From the NCBI GenBank assembly GCA_907165135.1, contig OU015566.1, forward strand, positions 10,850,001 to 10,914,000: DNA of 64,000 nucleotides, given 5' to 3'. Position numbers and translations under genes: made by a program. Shown one piece after another: positions 1 through 12,229 of this stretch (within the stretch, counting starts at the first letter, position 1; each line of letters opens with the position of its first letter). This DNA comes from Oikopleura dioica (lineage: Eukaryota > Animalia > Chordata). The notes beneath the pieces were generated by a model. It saw only the letters and a list, made by a program, of their open reading frames with translations, was not told the DNA's origin and made no database searches.

Positions 1-319
1 TTGGTCTTGCACAAGCGGCTGCAACCAAAGCAGACATGATCGCAGTTGGTCCAAGAGAAATGTCTTTGCTCGTTCCAAAAATACAGTAAATCATCGGTCC
101 CATGAATGCCGAATATAAGCCAAAGGCAGCAGGAAGCCTAGCAATAGAAGCATATGCCAAGCCCTGTGGAATAACAGTAAGTCCAACAGCTGTGCCAGCG
201 ATAAAATCATTTAGCGCAAAAGCGAAGGTATATTTTCGAAGCCATTGAATAATTGGAAGCAATTCTAGCAAGAATGTCTTCACTTTTCCTCCACTGCATC
301 TGTTTCTGAAAAAAGGCAT
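1..319 (-). CDS. SLC26A11: SLC26 sulfate/anion transporter (SLC26A11-like), 5' part; runs off the window edge
   Basis: Hand translation from ATG 319: MPFFRNRCSGGKVKTFLLELLPIIQWLRKY...NDFIAGTAVGLTVIPQGLAYASIARLPAAFGLYSAFMGPMIYCIFGTSKDISLGPTAIMS, the SLC26 signature (DxIAGxTVGxxxIPQGxAYA; GLYS; FGTSxxxxxGP). The start could lie in a further upstream exon. Confidence 0.9.
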   Translation of the reverse strand, partial: MPFFRNRCSGGKVKTFLLELLPIIQWLRKYTFAFALNDFIAGTAVGLTVIPQGLAYASIARLPAAFGLYSAFMGPMIYCIFGTSKDISLGPTAIMSALVAAACARP

Positions 320-785
320 TTCTCTTTTACGGCCAAAAAATGGAGTGAAACGCTGATTTGTTTGGAGTTAGCACATTGACCTCGATTCGTGCTCGGAGGG
401 AGATCTGTCCTGTCTCCGGGTGAAAAACGCTGATTGGCAATTCAGTCCTCTTTTCAGAATAACAAGTTCAAGTCAAACCATGCGGACTATAATTAAACAA
501 TTACTGTACTTTTATTTCTAAAAGCAATTTCTTCTTCAATATGAATCTCTTAGAAAGGTACTTCTGATAGCCATCATAAAATTATTTCACGGTAGAGTTC
601 TAGCGATCGCCATCACGCTCTAAATCTCATTTTTACACTCGGACGATTAACCCGGAACGTGCCAAATTCTGGGCCACCTGTGATCAGTGTACCAAATCGC
701 ATTTCGTATAAAAACCAACCGCTCCGTTCATTTTCATTATCAATCGCACTCAGACTAAAAAAAAAGAGAAACCAAAAAAGAGAAA

Positions 786-1738
786 ATGAAGTTTTTGCCG
801 ATTCTTTTCGCCGGCCTCGCCCAAGGGATGAACATGGCACAGCACTACCTCGTCAACAATTTCGGTGACGATCACTCTGACAAACTCATGGTTTTGATGA
901 ACCCTGCTTTCAAAGACGCTTCGTTCGACCAGGCTGAGCAGATGAAGATGATTCTTCCGATGCTTCTTATGGATGCTAAGACTAACGAAAACATCAAGCT
1001 CTTGATGATGATGATGATGCAAGATCCCCAGTTCATCGAGAAAGCTGAAAATCAGCAGCTTGTTTCTTACCTGATGAACGCTGAAGATGACGACGTCGAC
1101 TACAAAACTCTGATGTTGATGACAAACATGTTCCGAAAAGACTGCAACAACATGGGTGCCCAAAGAATGAACAGTCTCATGCCAATGCTTCTAAAAAAGA
1201 CCGAAGCTGCCCACAACGCCACCCAAGACGCTGATGACCAGTTGGATATCCAGAGCATTCTGACAATCATGACCTTCATGGCCTCTGGAGAAAGCGGACT
1301 CGACACCTCTTCGATGCTTCCTTTGCTCATGGAAGAAATGGTCTTCGAGGATGGTCAGTTTGATCACGACAAGAAACTTCTTTTCTGGGTTATGATGTCC
1401 ATGATGACTTCTGATGCGCAAGATGTCAATGCATTCAACAACAACTTCAATATGCTCCTTCCTCTCGTCATGCGAGATTGCAACGACGACGCCTGCGAGA
1501 AACAGAAACGAGATCTTATGACTGTGATGATCGCTATGCAAGCTAATGTAAGTTAATATCTTTTAAAGCCCCTTATCAATTTCATTACTAGGCTCCGAAT
1601 ACTGCATTCGGACCCGACATGATGATTCCCCTTATGCTCTTGGGCAACACTGACAACAACCAAGAACTCATCTTCTTCATGATGACCCAGATGAACAACA
1701 AAGCTTGCGATGCCGAACCTTACTACGCTATTCACTAA
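786..1738 (+). CDS. Secreted methionine-rich protein (~302 aa, 2 exons), function unknown
   Basis: ORF 786-1547, GT-AG intron 1548-1591 (44 nt, phase 0), exon 2 1592-1738 (APNTAFGPDMMIPLMLLG...YYAIH*). Short signal-peptide-like N-terminus. AATAAA near 1804. Confidence 0.85.
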
Positions 1739-1857
1739 TTTTATTGATAATCCAATTGGTGGATTCATTCTCTCCTTCATTATTTCTTTCGCTAATTTAT
1801 TTCAATAAATATGCATAACTAAATGATCTTTGCGTATGTACAAATATATTTCAGCCT

Positions 1858-3941
1858 TTAAAAAGAAGCGCAAATTCGTTCAGAGATAGTTTCTGCCAGG
1901 GATCTTATCTCCCTGAATTCAGTCAACAAAATTATGTCGTTTTTATCTTTCACACTTTGAAAGATATCTTCATTTCTTCTGTTTCTTGTCGAAATTGTTA
2001 TGATCGAGTCGGCCGTTTCTTTGAAAATCTTATTTATAACTGTCAAATCTTGAGATTTGAAGTTTCCAATTTGAAAGACAACAACGTTTTTACTTGTCGA
2101 TAATTTGGTTTTGAAAATTTTATTAAGAACTTTCGACTGATTTTTAGCATCAGCACGAATTTTTGACTTTTTCTTGAATAAGCTTGATAGGTTTAATGAG
2201 TTCGGAGTGAAGCTAAAATTTAATCCTGAGTTCTGTTGTTTTAAAACTCCAAATTTTGCACAATTTAGAGACGATCTGCATGTGATGTTGAAGAACTAAA
2301 ATTCTTTAATTATCAATCAATTGAATTCCTTCAAATACCCCTGAGAAATAATCGCTAACAAGTTCCAAATCTTCCTCGTTCAATTGATCATCCATTAAAA
2401 AGAGAAACTGGGTTGGCGCTTTAGCTAAACAAGGAGTAAAACAATCCGCTTCCGAAGTTGCAAGATATGTTTTCGTCAGATCCCCGGCGCCGCACGATCT
2501 ACAAGTCGTTCCGTCATTTGAATAACTTCCGAGCTCGCAGGTCATGCATCTTTTCTCGTGATAAACAGTTCCTTCGGGACATTTGTTGCAGACAAACGAT
2601 TCGGCTGTTTGAGTCAGCTGATATCCTTATCAAGGTTAATTGAAATATATTTTGATAATCAATGTAAATTTATTGAACCTCTCCTTGAGGACAATTCCAT
2701 AAAATGTCTGAGCTTTCCATTTGTGAAGCGACATTGTCGCCAGCAGTTACTAAGTTTTCATCAGTGGCGATTTCTCCTTCAAAATGCTCTTTCAAATCCG
2801 CTGTGCAGTTTTGAAAGAGTTCATGTGCCAAGTTTTGCTGCTGCAAGTTCAAATTCCTTCTTCCGCGAATAGAGAGTGTCATATTCAACCGCACAGAAAA
2901 CGGGAGACCGTAAACTGCGCTCCGCCCAGAATCAGTTTCTCCTTCAGCGACTTCAAATTCTGGCAGATCCAAAGCCAAGTCGAACAGCATGATGTCTTCT
3001 TCTTTGTTTGAGAAATGTTTGAACCCTTGACTCTGATACTTATCCTCATAAGCGGCCACTGGATCATCTCCGAAATAATAATAGCTGTCGTAGAAATACG
3101 CCATTGCTTTTCTACGACGTCTGTTACTTCCGTTAAAATCTGGCGAGACGCTAAGCACATTACCAAGCTCAACGGCCAGTGCGTAGTCAAACTTGAAAGT
3201 ACCGTAATATTCTTTGGCTTTCTTGCGGCACTGAAAATTAATCGTGTCAAGGAGGCCTTGTGGAACCGCCATCTCAGCGTCTTCTGATAGGATCATTGAC
3301 TCAAGAACCGCAGGCTCGATTGTGCTTTTCCGGAATCAACAAAAGAAGAAACTTAAAAACTGCTAGATGCTTATTTTTATTCCTTTCCTGACATAAATCA
3401 AATCCGCGGAAAATTTAAGAACGGTAGCTGGCTCTGATTTTGTGCACGCTTGATCGACTAGAGAACTTCTTCTCGGAGCCATTTCAAGCTTTTCAGAGGT
3501 GCAGAAAACTCGATTCGGAAGCGGTAGAAGAGTTGAAAAGCCATTCGTACATTTTGGCCGACAATCCCAATCCCATGAGCTAGTCGGGTCTCTCGAGCAC
3601 TTTAACTTGCCATTTTTCGGGGGAGAAAACCACTTTGAGCATCTGTTGTCGTCATCGCCTGGATTGACGAATCTCTCGCAGCAAATTCCTGCTGTTCCAC
3701 TTGAGCACTTACATTCACCATTTTTGAATCTCCCTCCGTTGAAGCAAACATTATTGCATGGTATATTTTCTCTCTGCTGACTGACTTTCCCCGAACAGTT
3801 CTTTTTTCTTGTCCTTTCTCTCGTTCCATTTGGTCCACAAAGCCAAGAACACTCACTCCATTCAGACCAGGAGGAGGTGTAAAAACAATCCGACCTGTCT
3901 CTTGCTGTAATTTGTGCAAAGAAAATGAAATAAAACCTCAT
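1858..3941 (-). CDS. Secreted mosaic extracellular protein: TSP1 + EGF + Sushi-like + GCC2/GCC3 (ephrin-receptor-like Cys repeat) + degenerate vWA-like C-terminus (SVEP1/polydom-like domain set)
   Basis: WSEWSECSWLCG..RERTR (TSP1); CFNGGRFKNGECKCSSGTAGICC (EGF); CSKWFSPPKNGKLKC..CRPKCTNGF (CCP-like); CELGSYSNDGTTCRSCGAGDLTKTYLATSEADC (GCC2/GCC3); QFLFLMDD (vWA beta1-like). Multi-exon; internal boundaries approximate. Confidence 0.7.
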
Positions 3942-4725
3942 TATTTGACGCTTTTGAAATTTTTATGGAGAGTTACATAAGCGAAACTTCCAGCGCGGGG
4001 GAAAGGAGAGCGCCACCAGTAGAAGGGGTGAACTTTGTGATCAACTCGATAGAGAAGTATTAGAAGAAATGTCTGTGGTTGATTAACTTACGTTCAAAGG
4101 AACACGTTGCTTGATTAGAAATCTGCTTATTATTGCTTACGAAAATGGATAGCCGGCATTTCTAGGAAGAAAAAATAATTCCTTGTTATTCAAGAGAAGT
4201 TTTACCTAAACATGGCAATTATTTATTTATGGTAGTTTTGTAATATATTATTATTTTTTTAATTGCTCTTGAGATTCTCGGAAGTGATTTTGGATTTTCT
4301 GAAACGGATGTTCACCTAACGCAAGTCCGTATATTTGGGCTCGTGTTCTAATCTCTGCGGACCTCTAATCCTAACATCGTTGGCTTGGGCTCCATTGAAA
4401 ATCTTGCTCACGTTGACCTGGTAATACCTACAGTAGTAGCCTTGAATACACTCAACAATAAGTCCTTCTAATTCAAAGTTGGCCTGCGATAGAAACCCTT
4501 CCGTTCATGCGTGCCCTTACTTCTTGCGTTATTAAAAAACCGCTACCGCCAAATCGGTAGCTCCCGTAGAGCCACCACTTCTTTTGTGAACTATAATTTA
4601 TTTTCGTGAATTCTTGAATGTGAAGATATAAATAAGAAATAAAAAAATAAACTCTTTCAGTGTAAAAAAAGATGTGGGAAGACAGATTATAAAAAAGGCG
4701 AGTTAAATGGTTAGCGAAGACTTGA

Positions 4726-6604
4726 TTAATTGTCGGTGATATACTGAGCTTCGAAATCTCGACGAGTCGTAGGAGCGTATGCATCGGCGTAAGCTGTACC
4801 CAGGCGTGCGATATCGTCTCCGTCTCTAGAAAAATGGGGTTGAAGACATGGGCAAACAAAGGAGCTTTTTACCTGATGACGCCCTTGGGCAAATATCCAA
4901 GAACATTTTTCGCATGCGCCGCAAGAAGTTTCTGTCTTTCTTCCTCGATGATTTCCGCTCTTCTTCGAGCTTCAGCCTTTTCTCGCTCGCGTTCGGCAAG
5001 TTCTTCCTCGTGCTCGCGCTAGAATCGCATAAAGTAACCGAGAAGGGCCTTTTGCAAACCTTGTGCTGCTCTCGTCGATGCTGAATGAGCTCTTCAACTG
5101 CTCGTTTATGCTCGAGCTGTTTCATTCGTCGTTTTTGAGCGTTCATTTGTTCGATTCGGTCGTCCTCTGCGAATTTCTCCATCATTTGTCTTCAGAAATT
5201 TAAGTAAAATACACCAACACTATTTTACCTTCGATATTCTTCCTCCTCTTCCATCGCAGCGAGAAGGCGCTCTTCTTTGAGCTTCATCTGAAGATCCCGA
5301 TGTCGCTGGAGCTCGAGTCGATCATTGATTCTCTTCTCCATCTCTGCAATTTCTTCAAGTCGCGCCTTTTCTTCTTGCTCGTTGAGTGCCAGCTCACGAA
5401 GAATATCTTCGTACTCATCGCGCTGCGCTCTGATGCTTTCGAGTTGTTTTGCCAGTTGATCTAATAGTTCGTTAGAAACTTATTTTGGGAAGAAAGAGAT
5501 TACTTTGAACATGTTCTTTTGCTGCAGATTCTTCGGCTCGCTTTGTTTGGCGGCCAGCTTCTTCGGCTTCTTTTTGGAGTTGATACTTCTTGATGCGTTC
5601 AGTTTCTTCGGCCAAGCGTTGCTGAAGCGATTTATTTAATTTTTAAAGAAATTCAGCTGGATTAATAAGAAAGAAGGTCTTTCTTAGCGAGAAAACTTTA
5701 GTTACCATTTACATACCTTTTCTTGCTCTTGCCAGAGTGCTTGTTCCCTCTGAAACTGCTGTATATACTCTCGCTGCTCCTGTTTCTTCGCCATCTCAAC
5801 CTCTCTTGCCCTTGCATCCTCTTCATAAATCTTCCTGACGACTTCGTCGATGATAACTTTTTCTTTGAGATACTCAATGTACGCCTTTTCTTCAGCTTCT
5901 TTTTGCGCGATGACTTGTGCCTCAAGCTCTCGCTTGTATCTTTCTGTTTCGACGATTTTGCTCTGTTCGATTTGTTTGGCAGATTCTGCGTGGGCTTCGA
6001 GCTCGCGCTGGGTTTCGGCGATGAATTTGACTTCTTCGTCGAGCTCTTGTTCGTAGATTTTGCGTTTTTCAGCGACTTTGATTAAGGTTATCGATTAAAT
6101 CTCATAGGGAAAGGGGTTTTTCAGATGAACATTGAACCCATTCCTTGTTTTTCTCTTTCTCTATTTGTATAGGCCGCTTCCAACTGACTCCTCAGCTGTC
6201 TAATCTCTTCCGACTCTTCCCTAACCCGCTGTCGCATCTTCTCGTCTCTAAGCTTTTCCGTCTTTTGCCTCGCCAATTCTGCTGCAAGTGCTGTTTCTTG
6301 AGCTTCTTTCTTCGCTTGTGCCTCGCGAAGAGCTCTTTCCTCTAGCATCGCTTGTTCCATCGCTAGTTCTTGTTGCTGCGCGTGTTGCTGCTGAACCCAG
6401 CGTTTGTTTTGGGCACGCTCGTCCATTTGAGCCCCGAGGCGAGTTATGTTGTCGTTTCGGTGGTTTCTTGCTGTCGTTTGCTGCTGCTCCAGAAACGCTA
6501 GAATCACCAAATGAGTTAATTAACGAGCGTAAAGTTCTACCTTGCTCTCTTTGTCGATGCCTGGCTTGTTGGGAATGTCCCATCCTTTTCACGTCCGCAA
6601 ACAT
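4726..6604 (-). CDS. MNS1: Meiosis-specific nuclear structural protein 1 (ciliary microtubule inner protein), paralogue a
   Basis: Coiled-coil exons with EKMRQRVREESEEIRQL..AAYTNRERE and MEKFAEDDRIEQMNAQKRRMKQLEHKRAVEEL..IIEEER..LGYLPKGVIR, matching MNS1. ATG 6604 follows a TTCAG acceptor; stop at 4726-4728; introns of about 45-70 nt. Confidence 0.9.
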
Positions 6605-6795
6605 TGTCTGAATACGAGAGAGGATGAATATTTCGATTAGTTTTGAACATGTTTTACGTTAGATCACAACATTGATTCTTGCGCAGACAATAAGCGAAAG
6701 TGTAAGATTCTAAATTGACTTGACTGAGTGTGTTTCTATTTGATAAATGCATTCGTGAAGAAGTAGAATTAAACTAGAGTTGAGGAAGAGGCATT

Positions 6796-7468
6796 TCAGA
6801 GCTCGGCATGGCCTCCGGCGAGTTCGTGCATGTTGATAATCGGGTCTCGGAAAGCAAGCCAGTCAGAGGGATGAGTCGGGAGTAGGCCCATGCGGTTACA
6901 TTTCCACATCAAGGCACCTACGGAAATTTTTAATGTGGAGATTCAGTGTCAAATAAGTACAATACTCTAACCCGTGGCTAAAGTGGTTAAAAAAACTTAC
7001 CGATTGCCGTGAGCTGCCCAAGAAACCAAACTGTAATGTGCAGGATGTAATGATCAGGGGAGTTTTTCGCCAGCTGATCGACCACGGATTTCATCTTCAT
7101 GAGCGCCATCAAGTTACTAAAACGAATTCTATTCACCGAAGAAAAGTAAATCATACCTGAATAGATAGCCACCGATCATGAGGATGGGCATGATGTTGAT
7201 AGAGTCACCAATCATGTAAAACATGAATAGGGTCATTGGAAGAGATTTGAAGTTTTTCAAGGCAATGTCCCAATTTCGCTTATCAAGTAGAGCTTGATCC
7301 GGCCCGTTCTAAGAAACAAGAGTTATTGGATGATTTCTTGAAAGATGCACAAACCTTTTGATTAGCCTGAGCTTGAGCAAGAGCCATTCTCTCCCTGGAA
7401 AAACCGACGGGAGCTGGTAATTCGCGTTCTCTTGGACTTGGAGTGTCAATAATCCACTTCGAGGCCAT
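6796..7468 (-). CDS. EMC4: ER membrane protein complex subunit 4 (TMEM85)
   Basis: Spliced translation MASKWIID...PVGF...DKRNWDIALKNFKSLPMTLFMFYMIGDSINIMPILM...KCNRMGLLPTHPSDWLAFRDP...LAGG matches EMC4 motifs (WDIALxPxKxxPM; MGLLPTHxSDWL). Confidence 0.9.
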
Positions 7469-7546
7469 TTTTCTCTTCTGAACTTCCATTTCGATTTCTC
7501 TTCTCTGAAAAGATTGTTTACAACTTAAATTTGAGCGAAAGACGGG

Positions 7547-7951
7547 TCAGTTGTCAAGGGGGAATTTTATCGAGCGTGGAGAGATTTGGATCAATGAAAG
7601 AGCCGGAGGAGCGCTGCGGAGGATAATTAGCTGGAAGAGCGCCGCGGGCGTTGAAGAAATTACCTCCAGGAAGGAAAAGATCTCTTCCGACGGGATATCT
7701 TCGAGCAAATCTCCTTCAGTACTCATGTTCAATACTTCTTGAAGCATTTCTGTAGCACCACTTGGCTCTGGATTATCATTGAATAAGGGACGTTCTTCGA
7801 TATCGTAGTCTGAATCCAAACTGCATGTCGATTCCACTGGCATCTTCATTTTTCGGCAGCCCTGTGAAGAGCTCCATATTATCTCCTTTTTCACAAGAAT
7901 GGGACTTCTCGGGCTCTTTTCCTGGCCAGCTGTGACATCTGGAACGGTCAT
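7547..7951 (-). CDS. Uncharacterised acidic 134-aa protein, single exon
   Basis: ORF of 134 aa ending 79 nt upstream of the EMC4 ATG in the same orientation; no recognisable domain. Confidence 0.5.
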   Translation of the reverse strand: MTVPDVTAGQEKSPRSPILVKKEIIWSSSQGCRKMKMPVESTCSLDSDYDIEERPLFNDNPEPSGATEMLQEVLNMSTEGDLLEDIPSEEIFSFLEVISSTPAALFQLIILRSAPPALSLIQISPRSIKFPLDN

Positions 7952-8190
7952 TTTTCCCTCAGAATCTGGGAATTTGCTTGATTAACTTGATATCAATAAA
8001 TGAACGATAAACTCATCTAGAGACTGCTCTGATGCTCAAAATTTGTTCGAACTGGTGACAAAAATTCAAAATTAAAAAATCATCCCTTGTTTTTAATCGT
8101 CTCTAGAACATGTTTTGGAAAAGTCGACTTTTGAAATTTTCGACGGATGCTCTTTAGTTTTAAAAAATCCTCTTCTCTAAGGCACAAAAG

Positions 8191-9605
8191 ATGGAAAAAT
8201 TCAAGGACGAGAAGCTCCGTCAGCGCGTTCGGGAAGAGTCCGAAGAGCTTCGGCAGCTGAAATCGGCGCTCGTCCGAGGATATGTGAACAAGGAGCGAGA
8301 AAAGCAGATCCTCGAGAAGATTGAGCGCCAGCAGGAGGCTATCGTCGAAGAAATCCAGGTAAGATTTGTTCATTTATTCTCCTTGTCGATTTAACTCTTT
8401 TAGTCAATCGTTCTCACTGAGCAAAGCCAAAAGGAGCATCAGGAGGCCGAGGAACAAGCCGAAAAAGAGAAGCAGAAGAAGATGATTTGCTACAAGAGCG
8501 AACTTGGCAGTCAATTAATCGCGCAGCGGGAGGCTGAGGAGCGCGCTTACTTTGACTATCTCGAGGAGAAGCGCCAGTGCGACGAAATGATCCAGAAGAT
8601 CCAAGAAGAAGATCGAGTCGCGCGAGAAGCTGAAATCGAGAAGAAAGAAGAGCAGCGCCAGTATATCGAGAAATTCAAACAAGAGCAGGCTGAATGGCGA
8701 GCGCAAGAACTCGTAAGTACAGTTGTTCTTTCTCTATGTCTAGTTTTTCTTCAGAGACGTAATCAAGAAGAAGATGAGCGTGTTGCTAGATACAAAGCAG
8801 AAAAAGATAAGCAGCAGCAACAGGCAGAGACCAAAAAAGCAGACAACAATGCTGCCAAGGAATACTGCCAAGGTAACATTTTGAGGAAGAGAAAATGATA
8901 GTTTTTATTTAAGAAAAACTTGGAAACATGCTCAAGGCAATTCGTCAAGAACAGGAAGAGTTCGAAAAGCTCGTCTGCGAGTTGGCTATGAATGAGCAAG
9001 AAGAGCGCGCCAAGCAAGCTGAGAAGGAGCGCGACGAGAAGGTGATCCGCGATCGAGAAGAGCTCATGCGTGTCCATCAGCTCCAGACTCAAATGAAGCA
9101 GGAGCGACAAGCCGCTGAGCAGGCTCAGGAGAATCTCTACAGAGCGTAAGTTTAGCTTCTCATGGAAGGTAATTAATCGTTGTTTAGTCAAATTATGGCG
9201 AAGTTCGCTGAGGACGACCGAATCGAGCAAATGAACGCTCAAAAGCGCCGAATGAAGCAGCTAGAGCACAAACGAGCGGTCGAAGAACTCATCCGAATTC
9301 GCCGAGAGAAGAAAGAAGAATCTCACAAGCAGGCGATCGCCGAGCGAGAGCGCGAAGCCCAGGAAGCTAGAATCAAGGCGCAGATCATTGAGGAAGAGAG
9401 ACAAGTCATTCTGCAGCAGCATGCTGATCAACTTCTTGGATATCTTCCTAAGGGTGTCATTAGGTAATCTTACCCAAAGCGTGGCTCCTTTTAAAACTTG
9501 TTTATTAGAGACCAAAAAGATCTCGAGCGACTTGGAGAAAAGTACATCGAAGCTTACAAGCCAACAAGCCAGCGCGAATTTGAAAATCATTTCGGCGAAG
9601 AATAA
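8191..9605 (+). CDS. MNS1: MNS1 paralogue b (5' end unresolved, possibly N-terminally shorter)
   Basis: EKLRQRVREESEELRQLK..GYVNKEREKQI and MAKFAEDDRIEQMNAQKRRMKQLEHKRAVEELI..LLGYLPKGVIR|DQKDLERLG..*. Short GT-AG introns; stop at 9603-9605. Confidence 0.88.
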
Positions 9606-9778
9606 GTCAGCCTCCCGTGCCTTAAACTTTATATTTTATTGTAAATATAACCAATAAACATTTTTTTACAAAAACACTCTGTTCTCTTCCTTGATTTCAA
9701 GCAAGTTTATCTAGCGCGCACTGTTTTTTGATTGGCCTAGAGCTTTCCGAGTTGAAGGAAGAATCGTTAGATTTTCTG

Positions 9779-12000
9779 ATGTTTGCCAGAGAATGCAGAA
9801 GAATAGTTCCATGTCAGATTTGGAAGGTTTCACAGAGAGGTGTGCAGATTTCGGCTCCTGATTTGGGGAGAATAGGTAGAAAACATAGAGGAAAAGATCA
9901 CTGGAAAGAGAATTATCGCGTCAAGTTCGGTTCTTGTTTGATTCCCATCTAGGTTTTTTGAAAACGATTCGAACCGAAATTAGCTAGAGGATCTTGAAGA
10001 GGAAGAAGAATTGCATCAGGGAACGATAATATTTCATGCTGATCCCTACCCTTCCCACATTCGTAATAGATTTGGTTCTTCTGATGATTTCAAGCATCTT
10101 TTGCGACCTGACAAAGAATGGAGCAGTTTAGCATCCAAAAGATACGTAAAAGAAGCAGTTTTTAATGCAATCGAAGCATCTAAGTTCATCCCGAGAGATA
10201 TCCGACGAGGAACGGTAAAGAAAATTCTTTCTGCCTTGGTAAATGAAGATGGTTTTTGCTACAGGGTGAAGGACAACTGTCACATCTCGCTATTGCCGTG
10301 TCCGATGATTGAAGAAAAAGAGCTCAGACTACTTGGAATGAGCAGACAACTGTTTTATCCGGAGAAGGCAAAAGCTCATTTACCAGGTGACACTAAACTA
10401 GAATATTTTTGCTCACGGTTTTGTAGGCGATCAAATCTTCGAGTTTTATAACGGAGAAACTATCGTCATAGACTCACCACTCATCGCTGGAAAAGTAACC
10501 TCCGAAATTCATCCGACTTCTCAAAAGCTCGAAAAGCTCTTCATCCCGCTAAATCACGAAATCGCCACCCGAAAGCTTCCTCTTTTTCAATCCGAGCATC
10601 ATCAGCTCTTCGAGTTCTCCCCAAAAGCTGTTTATTCTTTCAAAAGATCAAACTCAAAAGGAAGAGTGAAGGGAATCACGACGCATAAGATTGGAGGAAA
10701 AGCGTCCTTCGCAACTCATGTCAAGCAAGCTCTCTTCGAAAATGGCCTCTCTGGTACTCCTGTGAAGATAAACCCCAAATTGAAAGAGAGATTCCTCAAA
10801 CTCAGACCGAGAAAATCGTACACAAAATTTGAAGCAAGAAGAATTTCGTCTAGCTCTGCGTTCAACATTGAACTCGGTTCGAATTCAGTTAAAATTCAAT
10901 ATCATATTTTGGATCTGACAGATATGATACTCCCAGTCTTCGAAGACATCGCAAAATTTCGTGGAGAGAAAATTGTGCTCCCTGATCGTACTATTGAAAT
11001 CTTTCCAAGTGAAGTTCTGGAAGGCTCGACTTTTGGAGACGATTTCAAGAAGGCCCTGACGATAGAGATCGAGCTTGAGAAAACGGATGGAAGTTGGGAA
11101 ATCATCGCCGAATCTGTGCTCAATTCAGAAGTGATTGTCAACAATAGAAACTCACACGAATCAAACAACCAACTGCTTGATGAGATACTTTTAGCGCAAC
11201 GACAATATCTTCCATTTACTGGAGCTCCTGGAACGGATCACGAGAAAACATTTCTTCGAACGTTTTATCAGCGAAAAAATGGGCTCAAGTCTGATGTTAA
11301 AATTTCTGAGGACGAAATTCGTTTTGCATATCTAGGAGCTTTGATTTCGAATGTAGCTGGAACAATTTTGGCGAAAAATGGAGCGTCTTTTGTTACCCAA
11401 CGTTTCAAAACTCTATGTAGGGACAAATCTCATATACTTTCTCATACATTTTAGCGTTTATTGAGCATTTTTGTCAATTCGTTGTTCCCAGCAATTTCTC
11501 GGAATTGACCACTCTTCACGCGCCATGCTTAAATCCTCTGGACTCTTTTGTCGAGTACTCAAATGTGAAGCTTTTGAGAAATGTCGCTGATGGAAAAGAA
11601 ATTTCAATCGTAGGACAAGAAGCTGGGAGCATCGCTGATGCTGGGAATATTTTCAGAATAAGACAAGAGCGAGCCAATCATCGGCTCAAAGTAATGGGTT
11701 CATAATAACGAACAAAGTTCCGTAAAGCGCATAATTAATTGATTTATATACTAAATGATTATATAATCTCCCATATCAACCCATCGTAAAGCCCTGTATC
11801 TTTCAGAAGCTCTTCGAAAGATAAATCGATCGAAACTGGCTCTAGCGACTTTTGAAGATTTCAAGTACAGAAATAGACTCTATTTTCCTGAGCTTGGTTT
11901 CTCTGTCAAGAAGAGATTTGAATGGCCAGAAAAAGAAGGACTTTTCCGGGTGGAAGTATCTAATGGAAAAGATTTTAGCCTTGATGTTAACTTTGTTTAA
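9779..12000 (+). CDS. Uncharacterised multi-exon protein (~600-650 aa); Arg-rich N-terminus resembling a mitochondrial presequence
   Basis: Consecutive open frames 9779-9915, ~9980-10388, ~10440-11454, ~11500-11690 and ~11760-12000, separated by short AT-rich introns. No family recognised; boundaries approximate. Confidence 0.55.
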
Positions 12001-12229
12001 TTAAAAAAAAATACTGCCCAGAACTACATGGAAATCACGTGACGAGATGCTCTGCATGCATATGATGCACGACTTGGCACTCGCCCGAGGCGCATGACTT
12101 TCCCCTTTTGAGCAGCTTTGGCAAGACAGACACCTTATCAATGCAGACCATTGTATAAAACAAGACTAAAACAACAACATATCATTTCTTCAGAGCATTT
12201 TCCCTCGGCAGCATAAACAGTAAGAGATC

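Noticed and set aside
4250-4600. Short open frames between the mosaic ECM gene and MNS1a, one with KIFNGAQANDVRIRGPQRL faintly like ribosomal uS10
   Set aside because: No start, no consistent splice model, and the similarity does not extend.
5698-9590. Hydrophobic Leu/Phe/Ser-rich ORFs (e.g. 5723-6085 +, 8763-9242 -, 9261-9590 -)
   Set aside because: Antisense shadows of the Glu/Lys/Arg-rich MNS1 coiled coils.
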